From Macrostomum lignano (Eukaryota), in assembly GCA_002269645.1 (NCBI GenBank), contig NIVC01000913.1, forward strand, positions 1 to 64,000: 64,000 bases of DNA, written 5' to 3'. Below are positions 1 to 12,310 of the stretch, one piece after another. The translations under genes were made by a program, and so were the position numbers. Position 1 is the first letter of the stretch, and every line of letters starts with the position of its first letter. The notes under the pieces were generated by a model, which made no database searches, had not been told where the DNA came from, and was given only the letters and a program-made list of their open reading frames with translations.

Positions 1-326
1 GGCAGTCCGGCCAGCTTCTTGATGAAGACTGTCCCAACAGTCGGGCAGCTGGTGTTGCAGCTCTGCGCCACATTTTTGCTGCACTTGTCGAACGCGTAGT
101 GGACGCAGAGCGAGCTGTCCGGATCGAAGGTGAAAGCTCGGCAGACCGGCTTGGATGAGCAAACCGCGGCGCACTTGAGCTTGGACGAGCAATTCGGCCA
201 CGGCCGCTTAAAGTCGGCGGCAATGCATAGGCGTCGTTGGATTCTATCGTAACTAGACAGGTTTGCAAGCGTTAGGGCCGAGAATGCCGTGGCATACAGA
301 GTCAGAACTGCGGTAATCAAGTCCAT
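1..326 (-). CDS. Secreted PAN/Apple-domain protein (partial, runs off the window start)
   Basis: ATG at 326 (-) with an open frame to position 1: MDLITAVLTLYATAFSALTLA (signal-peptide-like), then ...SKLKCAAVCSSKPVCRAFTFDPDSSLCVHY, which fits the C-x3-C-x5-C-x2-F-x-F...C pattern of PAN/Apple domains. It is absent from the ORF track because it has no stop inside the window. Confidence 0.7.
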   Translation of the reverse strand, partial: MDLITAVLTLYATAFSALTLANLSSYDRIQRRLCIAADFKRPWPNCSSKLKCAAVCSSKPVCRAFTFDPDSSLCVHYAFDKCSKNVAQSCNTSCPTVGTVFIKKLAGL

Positions 327-2489
327 GGCGTTCGATCCTGTTAGATTTTCCGTCTGTCTTAACAATTCCCGCCAGAATTTTGTCTTGCTTTAGCAGTTTC
401 CCGATGGAATTTGTAGATTTTCTGTATTGTCTTTCGGGCCAGCAAACATTTCAAAAATGGTGGTCCATTAGCAGTTCAAATAAGGATGCATGCAGGATTT
501 GCTCTGCGTGGTAAAACATACATTTCAGCTTAGGAAGCAAATCGTGCATGCATGTAACACATCAGTCAATACAAAATTTGGTCAAATCTGCTATCTAATT
601 TTGTTTGTCGGGGTTTTATATGCATTTAGTATTTTTATGAGACAAATTCTGTTTGTCCAGTTTCGCATCTAATTTTTGTCGCAGAAATTTGAATTTTGTG
701 TCTTGCTTGAAAGGGAATGAATACCGGCACTGAAGTCATCCATCAATCTTTTGGACAGAAATACAGAATACGTGTGGCCTAGCTTACAGATGCAGCTTAA
801 TTATCAGTTTCTTTTTCATAATTTATTTTTTTAAGCACGTGTTTAAGCACGCGTGATTCGAAATCCGAATTTACGGATTTAAAATCGCTGGCTACCTAAA
901 ATCTCTAATTATAGTAGATGATGATTTAATAAGATACAATATTGTTAATCACAGACTTTTAGACTGTAGTAAACTTTTATATGCATGTATCCGCAATTTA
1001 CATAGACATAAATATCCAGGTTTTTACTTTTAATTGCATTTAACCATGAGGAGTACCACAAATATTAATTTGTGCATTGATCAACTACTAGTAGTCAACC
1101 CAAATGGGCTCCCTTGACTCTCATGAGCTGGAACGCTCATACAAGAGGACTGAAGAGAAGACAACTATATTTTCCTCTGTTGCGGTCTTGGTGGACTAAC
1201 AGCTTCAGTGTTATTTGAGTGGTGTAATTGCTTGTCAGTGCGCCATGATCAGCTTGCAGCTCAAAGCTTTGCAGCTTTTAGAGAAAAAGTAAATATAATT
1301 AAATGGTAATATTTTACTGAATTTCTCATATATTTTAATCCTAAACTGCTAACACTGCTAAGAAACTTTAATCAATTCACACACTTTTTAGTGTATTTTG
1401 TTTTATCGAATTATATAGACAGTTCAAATTTTCTAGATGCAACGTGCTTTCCAAGAATTCGTTCTGCATACTGAGCAGCAAGACCTCGTGTGTACCCGAA
1501 ACATACATTAAACATTCTTCATTAATATACTGCTTCATTTCGCTCTTGTGTATAAATTTTCTATCTGTTTATTGTCATCTTTGCGTCTTATTTCTGATAA
1601 AAATTAGTCATGAAGAATAGAATAGAATTTTTGTTTATATTCATATTCAGAATTTTAGCTACTGATGTAGACATGCTTATTTAATATTTTACGCTAAAAT
1701 TTACTGTAGTGATCTTTTATGCGAATTTAGATTAGTTGAAGGATTAGGTTATTTTTTATTTTTTCCTATTTTTTTCCAAAATGTTTATAATAGAAAAATC
1801 GAGCATTTATATCCCAAAATCTAAATGTCCACTCAATTTTAAAATTTTCAAATAAATTTGGCTTTTTATTCTTTTCTAATTTATGTTGACATAGTAGAGA
1901 GCCAAGTTTACCCCTAAAACTAAACCAAACTAAACTAAACTAATACACAAACCCATTATTGGCCCAATAGGTGCCTTGCCTAAGCCAACTTCTACTACTG
2001 CTACAAATATATATTTATCCATTATTGTCAATTTGACTATATTGTTTAAAAATATAAGAACCAAAAATATATTTCTTTATTTAGTTTTGTGATTAGACAA
2101 TTTTTAAAATACTTAATGGAAAGTTATCAGTCCTAGTGGCATATTTGAGGGGATAGATAGGCCTAAGCTACCCCTGTAGGAGCTATTAGTATTAGATCTC
2201 TGTTTTCTCTTAAGTAATTTTTTATACAACTAAAATCTTTTTGGCCTTTTTAATATAAGTTTATCACTGGAACCTTCTCCACGTGTCAATGAACTTTAGA
2301 TCCTATGGATTTCTAATCTGCCAAAGGTTGGCTATTTATTTTGAATATCCTAGGAATAGTCTAAATTCTATATAATTTAATAGTCATAATTAATGATATC
2401 TAAATAATAATAAACTTTCATGTATAACATTTTACAATACAAGGTTTATTTAGAATTAAAAAATGTGTGGAGAAACTAAAACTATTATT

Positions 2490-2730
2490 AAATAATAAAA
2501 GGCAAGAAAGTTATTTTTTCTCAACTGTACTAAACATGCACCTTTTAGGACACACTTGTGTTGAATTCCTTGAGGGCACCTCTGACTTACTGGCTGGTGA
2601 CAAAGGTCATGCCCTGTAATGTGGCCTTTTCTATCATCCACCAAGCAGCCAGAAGTCACTAGGAGCAAGGTTTGGCAAGTTGCTAGAGTGTGGCAATATC
2701 TCCAATCCTAGGTACATTGTCAAAAGACAG
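2490..2730 (-). mobile_element. Degenerate mariner (DD34D-type) transposase C-terminal remnant
   Basis: The minus frame reads YLGLEILPHSSNLPNLAPSDFWLLG followed by stops, matching mariner LGWEVLPHPPYSPDLAPSD(Y/F). A downstream shifted frame reads KCVLKGACLVQ, similar to the mariner C-terminal KCV...G.Y. Boundaries are approximate. Confidence 0.65.
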
Positions 2731-2823
2731 AACCTTTTGGAACCTTAAAACTTCACAAGCTCGAAACTCATCATCCTATTGTTATCATTATTTTTAATTT
2801 CTTATTTTTGTCCTGCTATTCAC

Positions 2824-4677
2824 AAAAGTCTTGCTACTCACTTCCGCCAGCTCACAACTTAAATTACGAGTGATTCGATGATTTGAAATTTCCAGCTCTT
2901 GAAGTTTTATTCTAGTGAAATAAATGATCAACAGGCTCAATGGCATTGGGTCCCAGCTTTACCAGCTGGCCGCCTCAGGCTAGGCTCCCTACAGCTACAG
3001 CTGAATTTATTAGCGCTGCAGGTCTCTAAGCCAGATCTTCATTCTGAGAACCTTGGAGTCGGGTGGAACCTCTTGTACACGTCGGCAGAAGACCGCGACC
3101 GACGTCGTTTTACTGATTGCACCGCGCCTTCGGCATGCACTGCGTGTCGCTGGCTGTCCCCGCGTCTGTTAAGTGTCGACCTGTGCCTGCGTGCTCGGTT
3201 GTTCTGCGCGTTCTCGCCCAAAGCTGCTCACCCAGAGGAAGCACGAGTGTTTTTTGACCTCCTGGCTGAGCAGCTGGATAAAGTACCAAGCCGAGACACA
3301 CTAGTGGTGCTCGGAGGCAGAAATGCAATTCCTCTCCATGAAGGTCTGAGCGCTCCTCATTTGTCACCGGACGCGAGAGCGCCAAGACGAATGCGCTGGG
3401 AGGACCAGCTGGCCCGGCTAGACCTGGTGTCCGCTAACACCCAGTTCCGCATGTCCCCCTCCCGCCTGGTCACCTTTGCGGGCTGCAAGAGGAGGCGGCG
3501 GAATGCACGCGGGTGGAACGCCACGAAGTGGCTAGTGCAACCTGATCACGCGCTGGTCCGGACTGGCGAGCGTCGTTTCGTCATTAACTGCGACACCATG
3601 ACACCGCTGGCTTTCCGGTCGGACCACTGACTCCTGCTCTGCAACATGCAACTCAACTCAACTACCAGATCTACCTACGTTCTAAGAAGCGGCCACGACG
3701 CTACTACCGCGCTCTGTTGGACTCTTGCACGAAACGACAGTTTGCCGATGCCTTCGCCGACGCGCATAGCGATCAGCGCGAGGCGGACTGCGTATACATC
3801 AGCGCCGCCGTGAGAATTACTGCTGAACAGATGGTCCCGCTGATAGGATCGGTGCAGCAACCGCTTGCCTGTCTGGCAGAGCGGATCCACCAGCCTAAGG
3901 AGAAACTGACGGCCCACGGGCGACGCTGAGGACGCTTTTTATGCACCTACTGGACGAGCGGCAGCAGGACTATGTCGACGACGCCGTCCGGTCCGTCATT
4001 TTAGCCGGGCTCGACTTCAAGACCTGAGCAGTGTGGACGGCTGTTCGCACCCTGACTGGACACAAAAAGCACGTGGCGGTGAACCTGGCCGGCGACTCTC
4101 CGAAGGAGCGCAGGATTGACCTTCGTGACTTAATTCGCCAGCATCGTGAACGTGATGGCACCACCGCTGCCCACCAACTTCTCGCTCCCGCCGAACACAC
4201 GCCGAACAGCTGAGAAGGATTTCTGTACCAGCCCGGTTCCTACAACAAACAGGCGCCAGGCAACAAAACGGATAGGGCCGGACGGAGTTCTGGTCGAACC
4301 TCTGCGGCTCTGCTGTGAGGCTTCCCAGGTGATTCATGCGTGATGAACCGCGTGCTTACTGGCGCCCCTGCACCCACCGATTAGAAAGCAGCGCACATTG
4401 TGCTGATCCCAAACAAAGCCAGAACAACGCGGAAAGGAGACCAACAGGGGATATCGCTGATGTCCCGCACCGCGAATCTATCTAGCTGGACTCGGCGCGT
4501 TCGGGGCTGCTCTGCACCGCCTTTTGAGCTGACGAGGGCGTTGGGACCAAAGCTCTGTACCAGAGGACCCAGCTGCAACGCCCGTCTGGCATCCAGGCAT
4601 CCTTGCACAGGTAGCGACTTCAACCTGCGGGTCACGTGACCCGGGCCGAGAGCTACTACCCCCTGACTCTACAGGAC
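2824..4677 (+). mobile_element. Decayed, internally deleted RTE-like non-LTR retrotransposon (AP endonuclease plus the start of RT)
   Basis: ORF 2899-3630 contains APE motifs (FFDLLAEQLDKVPSRDTLVVLGGRNA; LVSANTQF; QPDHALV; SDH). Positions 4270-4480 give GPDGVLVEPL and AHIVLIPNK...QGISLMSRTANL (pre-RT/RT domain 1), with stops and frameshifts. An identical 14-bp direct repeat GTCCTGCTATTCAC lies at 2810-2823 and 4678-4691. Confidence 0.75.
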
Positions 4678-4715
4678 GTCCTGCTATTCACCTTGTATAT
4701 ATATATAGAATATGT

Positions 4716-5121
4716 ATAGAATAACTAGATGGGCCATCCACACAGCACATTTGCGTGTAAACTACTTTCAGTTCAGTATCAGTAGCAAGTTAACCAGAAG
4801 CATTTTGATGTATTTTTAAAGTCAAGGCTCATTTATTGGCTCTTAAGCCCCAGCTTAAACCCTCCAACCGCACCTTTTCACACTATTCCCCCGCCTCGCC
4901 CCAATTTTTATTGCCTTTCTCGGAATTCTCGGAAAGCTGCCATGTACATTTCATTTGGACTGGGTAATGTACATTATTGCTGAACCAATTAGCAAATTGT
5001 TTTCGTCTGCAAGCTTGGGCTTCTAAACTTCTTCATTGCTACTGAACTGAAAGTAGAAAGCTGTTTTACTTAAGTATTTGTGCCTGAGTGGCCTATCTAG
5101 TTATTTTAGTATCTGTCTGTG
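4716..5121 (+). mobile_element. MITE family A, copy 1 (left end degraded, ~55-bp internal deletion)
   Basis: Colinear similarity with 30637-31090 and with the reverse complement of 27547-27996. The right TIR GTGGCCTATCTAGTTATTTTAGTATCTGT is intact; the left TIR is reduced to AGAATAACTAGATGGGCC. Confidence 0.8.
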
Positions 5122-6875
5122 GACCTGGCGCGAACCCGTCGATACATCGACTGCCTACTACGCGACTACGCGTCGATTCGTAGACTGACTCCGTCCGCTC
5201 GCTCACGCTGCGGCGCGTTATCTGACACACCTTGACTGCATAACTTTTTTGGGTTGTTTCTTCTGTTGTTGTTGTCGTCGTTAGCCCTTTAAAATGACAA
5301 GAATAAATAAGTATCCTATTTTAAGCTAAGTCTCAATACTACTACCATTCGCTTATATTCTATTTCATCAGTAGTATATAACGCACACGCAGAATGACTT
5401 CGCCATACAAGATTTGGTCGGCGCTGATTGGCTGTTGTTAACTGTGAGGTTCGGGGTGGAGTGAGGGGCGGGGGCAGGCCCTCTCCACCCGCTACTTCTA
5501 TATATTAGCCATGCATTTGGTTTCTAGACACTAGACTTTTCTGTTTCAATTGTTGCTTTACATAGAAATACAAGCCGCACTTGACTTGCTGTGTTTTTTC
5601 GTATAAACACCGCAGCCTTTCGCTACAAAATAGCTACTTAAAGAGCTAGTGACTTGCACTAACTGCAGAGTTGTCAGCCCAGCATCTGCAAAGTAAAACA
5701 AATATGACACCCAGTTGTCAAGGCCTGATTTCGCCGTCAGCAGTCAGGTGTCTGCTAATTCTAGCTGCCTTATCGACTAACGCTTTTCTGGCGTGCTCTG
5801 CGGCCAGTGAGTAATTTAACTCGTATATTCATTCTCATTGGGGGTCCTCATCTATAGCCTTCGTTTCTCCTATTCAGAGTTCTCGGTCTTCCATCCATTT
5901 GACCTTGAATCGAGCCATCATAGGCGGAATTGGGGGGCCCAGCTCCATGGCACTGCAGCTCGAACCTCTGTCTCTACTCTGTAGCATAACGCAATTATGC
6001 TAATTAGATCAAGGCAGATTAGCATGATTAAGTTGGATGTATAACAAATGTACATTGGTTAACTACAGGCCTTCTGCTATGGTGCTTTCAGTAATCTCGT
6101 AATAAGGTGGTGACCTAGAAAAGCTCGGGTTCGGGAACCCCCAGCCCAGACACACAATCAAGTTTGTTTGTAAGCAGCCATTGAGTGCATTTAAGTGCTC
6201 AGTTTTCAATGCAACTCCCAACTCATCGTGTGTTAAAAACATGAATTTAAGAAACGAATTAAGCTCCACTTTTTGGGAAGTGTCGCTAAGTCGCTTGTGT
6301 TCTTCCTGCTCAGTGAGAGAGACACACGCACACACAACACACACCACAGACCAAGAAACCGCCGCTGTTGTCTCGGGGCCTTCAGAAGATTTATTGCACC
6401 CCAATACTAGCGCAGACTTTGCTTGTACTCTCATCACTATATAGCGGTATGAGGGGAAGAAAGACTTGTGCGTCTCTATGGCTGGGTCTTAGAATGCCCC
6501 CCACCGTGTGGTCTTTATTTTAACTTTTATTGGGGGCTGGGGCCACGCGGGCGGCATTTTTATCTGTGTTTTCGGGTCTGGGTAGCTTTTACAGCCACTG
6601 TGCCACTCTGCCAGCCTGACCGACCCCCCCCCCCTGCAGGCGCTGCATGGGACCTTTGTGCTGTTAATCCCCCTCCCAAACTGGCTAAATTCACAAAGTA
6701 AATGAAGTGAGAATAGAACACTGTTGAGTCTGTGCACCCCGATGTGTAGTTGTGATTGTTTTTTAATTAATTTACGCTAACTTGTTACTTTGAAATCCAG
6801 GAATGCATTTGTCCCTCTAACAGTAACGATAGCCGCAAAATATTTGTCCGCAAAATAGGCCAAATCGAAAAAAAC

Positions 6876-6949
6876 ATGTCTGTCTGCGTCTGTCTGTCTG
6901 TCTATCTATCTGTCTGCCTGTCTGTCTGTCTGTCTGTTTGTCTGTCTAT

Positions 6950-6991
<42 letters not shown>

Positions 6992-6992
6992 A

Positions 6993-7079
<87 letters not shown>

Positions 7080-7080
7080 C

Positions 7081-7131
<51 letters not shown>

Positions 7132-7151
7132 CTCTATCTATCTATCTATCC

Positions 7152-7187
<36 letters not shown>

Positions 7188-7312
7188 CTCTATCTATCTA
7201 TCTATCTCTCTATCTATCTATCTATTTCTCTATCTATCTCTCTATCTATCTATCTATCTATCTCTCTATCTATCTCTCTGTCTATCTATCTATGTATCTC
7301 TATCTACCTATC
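6876..7312. repeat. Compound microsatellite (TCTG)n-(TCTA)n
   Basis: Directly visible tetranucleotide runs. Confidence 0.95.
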
Positions 7313-7316
7313 TACT

Positions 7317-7515
7317 CAGGGATGTAGCAGGATTTTTGGTGGGGGCTCCATCGTGGGGTCGTGGCGCCGCAGTACGTGGAGGTGCCAGCAGCAGGGACGC
7401 CAGCAGCAAGGCTGCAAGGGATGCCATCTTTTCGGCCCCTTGCCTCCCCTTCCATTTCCCAGAATTTTTGCTGCTCCAGCCCACGTGCCCACCCCAATGC
7501 CTGGCTGCGCCGCTA
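7317..7515. mobile_element. Possible degenerate ~200-bp MITE
   Basis: The left end CAGGGATGTAGCAGG and the reverse complement of the right end (TAGCGGCGCAGCCAGG) form imperfect inverted termini. No clear TSD. Confidence 0.3.
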
Positions 7516-8313
7516 TAACGCTCCAAGAGCATTTCAGGCAAACGAAGCAGCATTTCGACCCCTTGCCAAGAGCTGTTCCAGGCCCGCCGCCGTCAGTCGC
7601 TGGGCCGTGGTGGATTTACAACTTCTAAGGTCCATGATCGGTCGGCCTCCTATTTACGACCAATTCCATCCTGTTTATATGGCTCTCAAAATTTCTATCT
7701 AGAGAGAAGTGGGAGCTGGGGCGGGGGCGAGCCCGCGCGGCTTTTATTTTAAAACGAGTCAATGGGGTGGCGGCTGGAATCGCCCCCGTGCTGGCGGCGG
7801 GCGGGCCCAATAAAACCGGCATTTCATCAGCGTGTTGTTGGAAAGCAGCGGGGGTCCGCTTGAGTGTGCGTGTGTGGGGTGGGGGGGGTTAGTTAATAAA
7901 AGTTTATAACTGGCTCAGTGGCTCACACTCCGGCTCCTTTCCTGACGATCTGATCGGCAAAACTTGGCCTGTTTAAGCCAGTTGTCGGACTGGAGCTGGT
8001 GGAATGGCTGGAACTTGGAATGTTACAATCTTGCGCGATTATTAATTTAGTACTGAGCCAGGATGCACCATTTTTATTGTGTCTGGTATATGGTTTCTGG
8101 TTTCCGGGTTTTTCGTCAAGTTTTCTCACGAGGTCCCGCAGTTTCTTTTTAGTGCTTTAAACTAACTAAACTTGACGCAAAACTTCCAAGTCTTTGATTC
8201 CGTTGAATGATGCGTCCTGATCTCGTCTGTGCATCTCCCAATTCTCCCTCTCATCTCTCCCCTTCTCTCCTCTCCCCTTATTTTTTGTATTATTATTAAG
8301 TCTGTCTCTGCAG

Positions 8314-8387
8314 CCGCTATTCCCCAAATTCCAACGTTGTCGGACTATATGTTAGAATTGTGTGCGTGGCCTCGGTTCATGCATATG
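8314..8387 (+). CDS. Possible internal exon of an unidentified gene
   Basis: A long pyrimidine tract plus CTGCAG acceptor and a G|GTTAGG donor. It reads RYSPNSNVVGLYVRIVCVASVHAY and ends in phase 1, which matches the acceptor at 11196. Confidence 0.25.
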
Positions 8388-8696
8388 GTTAGGCGTCAGT
8401 GTCCTGGCGGCCTCATGGAGCTCAATTCCATCCAGTGTTTATTTGTCTTGCCTGCCTACTCAACGGGACAGCCTTAATCCCCTGTGACCCGTTTAGCGTT
8501 TTGCCACCCCCCACCCCCCAGTCGCTTTACACTTGGCGCGCTCCCGGGTTCTCGATTTCTTGGAAAACTACCCCAGCCTCCGCTTACTTAAACGCCTAAA
8601 TAAATCACTATTGTTGTTATATTTAAAGTTGGCCCGCCAGAAGCAATTGGGTAGGGTCTGAAATAAAATTAATTGTAACTCTGAACTCCGGATCAG

Positions 8697-9417
8697 AGCC
8701 CCTGACACTCAACTCGGAGCCCCTGACACCCAACTCGGTGCCTCTGACACCCAACTCGGTGCCCCTGACACCCAACTCGGAGCCCCTGACACCCAACTCG
8801 GTGTCCCTGACACCCAACTCGGAGCCCCTGACACTCAACTCGGAGCCCCTGACCTGACACCCAACTCGGAGCCCCTGACCTGACACCCAACTCGGAGCCC
8901 TTGACCTGACACCCAATTCGATGCCCCTGACACCCAACTCGGAGCCCCTGACCTGACACCCAACTCGGAGCCCCTGACCTGACACCCAACTCGATGCCCC
9001 TGACCTGACACCCAACTCGGAGCCCCTGACCTGACACCCAACTCGATGCCCCTGACCTGACACCCAACTCGGAGCCCCTGACCTGACACCCAACTCGGAG
9101 CCCCTGACCTGACACCCAACTCGGAGCCCTTGACCTGACACCCAATTCGATGCCCCTGACACCCAACTCGGAGCCCCTGACCTGACACCCAACTCGGAGC
9201 CCCTGACCTGACACCCAACTCGATGCCCCTGACCTGACACCCAATTCGGAGCCCCTGACCTGACACCCAACTCGATGCCCCTGACCTGACACCCAACTCG
9301 GAGCCCCTGACCTGACACCCAACTCGGAGCCCCTGACCTGACACCCAACTCGGAGCCCCTGACCTGACACCCAACTCGGAGCCCCTGACCTGACACCCAA
9401 CTCGGTGTCCCTGACAC
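8697..9417. repeat. Minisatellite with 21/26-bp unit CCCCTGAC(CTGAC)ACCCAACTCGGAG, left part
   Basis: Tandem units visible; the array resumes at 10711 after the inserted element. Confidence 0.95.
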
Positions 9418-10710
9418 TAGGGGTGTTCGGGTTGGCCATTTTTTCGGGGTTCGGGGTTTACCCCGAACCCGGTACCCCTACCCCGAACCCCGAACCCCGT
9501 CCCGAACATTTCTTCCAACCCCGAACCCCGAACCCGGTACCAAAACCCGACCCGACCCCGAACGTAACCCCGAACATTTTCACGCTTATTTTGGTCAATC
9601 ATTTTAATAAATTCAGTTTTCAGTTTTCAATTTTTCAGTTTTCAGTTTTGAATTTCAGTTTTAAATTCAGTTTTATATATTGAGATGTGCCTTAACAGCT
9701 TCAACCACTTAGCCTTGTGGTTTTATTACCCTTAGCTACTCTACAACTAGGAAAAGAAATATGAAACACTTCTTGCAATGGGATTGGGATTGAGATGGAA
9801 GGAATACCAAGACCCAAGATCTAATAGTAAGATACATGAAAGGTCACAACTAAAATCAGGACCATTTCGTACCTATACTTACAACGAAATTGCTTTCATA
9901 GTAATATTACATCTATGAGTTTATTTAAGCTGCAAAAATAGAGTACAATAAAATTAGATTATACCCTGTAGTGTAGATATCAGTAGAGATAGAACTAGAG
10001 CGATAAAGAGATAGCACAGATAAAACAATGATACAATGAAACGGGAGAGTTAATCACAAATATATATTTATTTTTACTTTTGATTACAGTTAACAGTAAG
10101 TCAGTAGTGGTATAACAGAATTGCTATGTAAAAACTAAAGTGACGTCTTTACATAAAATTGTATGCTGATATGAGTAGGTAATCATTGTGATAATTGATT
10201 ATTGGCGACTGATGCGTGGAGAATAATAGTGTATTTATAAATTTTAGGCTTCCTCATCCAATCCAGAAGTTCAGACCATGTTACACGTAGCACATGTAAA
10301 ATTAGTACTGAACGTAATTTTTTAAATCATCAACTGCAAGACTGAATGGGTCGAAAAACGACAATCGTTATTTACCAGAAAGTGTAAATGAATCCATGGT
10401 TCTATTTGCTATTTCTGTTTCAAATTGTATGTAAAATATAACTTAAGTTGTACCTGAAACTCAATGCATATCTTTCGCAATGTGGATTTTGCATAAGGAG
10501 TAAAAAGTGCTTGAAAATACTCTTGAGAATGATAATTGTTCAAAATCCCGAAACCCCCGAAAACCCGGTGGCCAAACCCGACCCGAACCCCGAACCCGGT
10601 ACCCCTACCCCGAACCCCGAACCCGACCCGGAACACCTACCCCGAACCCCGAACCCGGTACCAAAACCCGACCCGAAACCCGACCCGACCCCGAACCCCG
10701 AACACCCCTA
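9418..10710. mobile_element. Non-autonomous hAT-like DNA transposon (1293 bp)
   Basis: 14-bp TIR TAGGGGTGTTCGGG at both ends, perfect 8-bp TSD CCTGACAC (9410-9417 and 10711-10718), CCCCGAA/CCCGAC subterminal repeats, and an AT-rich interior without a transposase ORF. Confidence 0.85.
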
Positions 10711-11108
10711 CCTGACACCCAACTCGGAGCCCCTGACACCCAACTCGGTGCCCCTGACCTGACACCCAACTCGATGCCCCTGACCTGACACCCAACTCGG
10801 AGCCCCTGACCTGACACCCAACTCGGAGCCCCTGACCTGACACCCAACTCGGAGCCCCTGACCTGACACCCAACTCGGAGCCCCTGACCTGACACCCAAC
10901 TCGGTGTCCCTGACACCCAACTCGGTGTTCCTGACACCCAACTCGGAGCCCCTGACACCCAACTCGGTGTCCCTGACACCCAACTCGGAGCCCCTGACCT
11001 GACACCCAACTCGGTGCCTCTGACACCCAACTCGGAGCCTCTGACACCCAACTCGGTGCCCCTGACACCCAACTCGGTGCCCCTGACACCCAACTCAGAG
11101 ACCCTGAC
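10711..11108. repeat. Minisatellite with 21/26-bp unit, right part
   Basis: Same unit as 8697-9417. Confidence 0.95.
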
Positions 11109-11195
11109 AATCAAATTGCACTGTGTTTAGAAGTTTGCATCGGGCTAATCCAGGCACACTAATCCCCCAAGCCGTTAATTGATTCCCATTTGCAG

Positions 11196-11395
11196 TGTCG
11201 CCCAGCGAGTTCCGCTTCCACTGCAACAACTGGCCGCTCTGTCTGTCCGGATGCCCAGCCGATGCCAAGGCAATTGTCAAGGCCATGGAAGACTACAAAG
11301 CATTCCTTGGCTACAAGGTGTTCACAGTAACTTATATTCTTTGCGACACGCAGCCCCTAGCCCCGCTGAAACAGTGCGTGGAAAATGCGCCCTAT
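11196..11395 (+). CDS. Probable internal coding exon, product unknown
   Basis: TTTGCAG acceptor and TAT|GTGAGT donor. Open frame SPSEFRFHCNNWPLCLSGCPADAKAIVKAMEDYKAFLGYKVFTVTYILCDTQPLAPLKQCVENAPY with GC-rich codon usage like the other genes here, flanked by tandem arrays on both sides. Confidence 0.55.
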
Positions 11396-11612
11396 GTGAG
11401 TGAATGGCCGATCTTGTTTTGATTAACATTTGAAAATTATTTTAACTCCAAATTTTGTACTTATTTGCACGAGTATGACGGATTTGTTCCCAGGAGAGCT
11501 ACCGCGCTTCATTGAAGCTCAGCATGTACATCAATGCCAGCGGCCCGCCTGTCGTCTTGAGTCTCACTAAAGCCGAGTGAGTCTTTCTATACCTTTGAGT
11601 TTTTCGTTTGAG

Positions 11613-12310
11613 TGAGACGGTGTGGGAGTAAGACTGTGTGGGAGTGAGACTGTGTGGGAGTGAGACAGTGTGGGGTGAGACTGGGAGTGAGACGGTGTGG
11701 GAGTGAGACGGTGTGGGAGTGAGACGGTGTGGGAGTGAGACAGTGTGGGGTGAGACTGGGAGTGAGACGGTGTGGGAGTGAGACTGGGAGTGAAACGGTG
11801 TGGGAGTGAGACTGGGAGTGAAACGGTGTTGGAGTGAGACAGTGTGGGAGTGAGACAGTGTGGGAGTGAGACAGTGTGGGAGTGAGACAGTGTGGGAGTG
11901 AGACAGTGTGGGAGTGAGACTGGGAGTGAGACAGTGTGGGAGTGAGACAGTGTGGGAGTGAGACTGGGAGTGAGACGGTGTGGGAGTGAGACAGTGTGGG
12001 AGTGAGACTGGGAGTGAGACGGTGTGGGAGTGAGACAGTGTGGGAGTGAGACAGTGTGGGAGTGAGAGTGTGGGAGTGAGACAGTGTGGATGAGACAGGG
12101 GAAGTGAGACAGAGTGAGAGTGAGACAGTGTGGGAGTGAGACAGTGTGGGAGTGAAACAGTGTGGGAGTGAGATAGTGTGGGAGTGAGACAGTGAGGGGG
12201 AGTGAGACAGTGTGAGAGTGAGACAGTGTGGGAGTGAGACAGTGTGGGAGTGAGACAGTGTGGGAGTGAGACAGTGTGGGAGTGAGACAGTGTTAGGGTG
12301 AGACAGACAG
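11613..12310. repeat. Minisatellite with ~16-bp unit GGAGTGAGACAGTGTG
   Basis: Tandem units visible. Confidence 0.95.

Noticed and set aside
5850-6437. Minus-strand protein-like frames (ORF 6063-6437)
   Set aside because: No recognisable motif or partner exon; it may be a decayed exon, but the evidence is insufficient.
6876-7628. ORFs over (TCTG)n/(TCTA)n; likewise 17385-19157, 50671-51306, 55515-56237, 60124-61144 and 63021-63965
   Set aside because: Microsatellite or minisatellite translations with no domain content.
8697-11108. CRISPR-like appearance of regularly spaced repeats (also 39288-39705 and 60263-61066)
   Set aside because: The units are head-to-tail with no unique spacers, there are no cas genes, and the context is eukaryotic.
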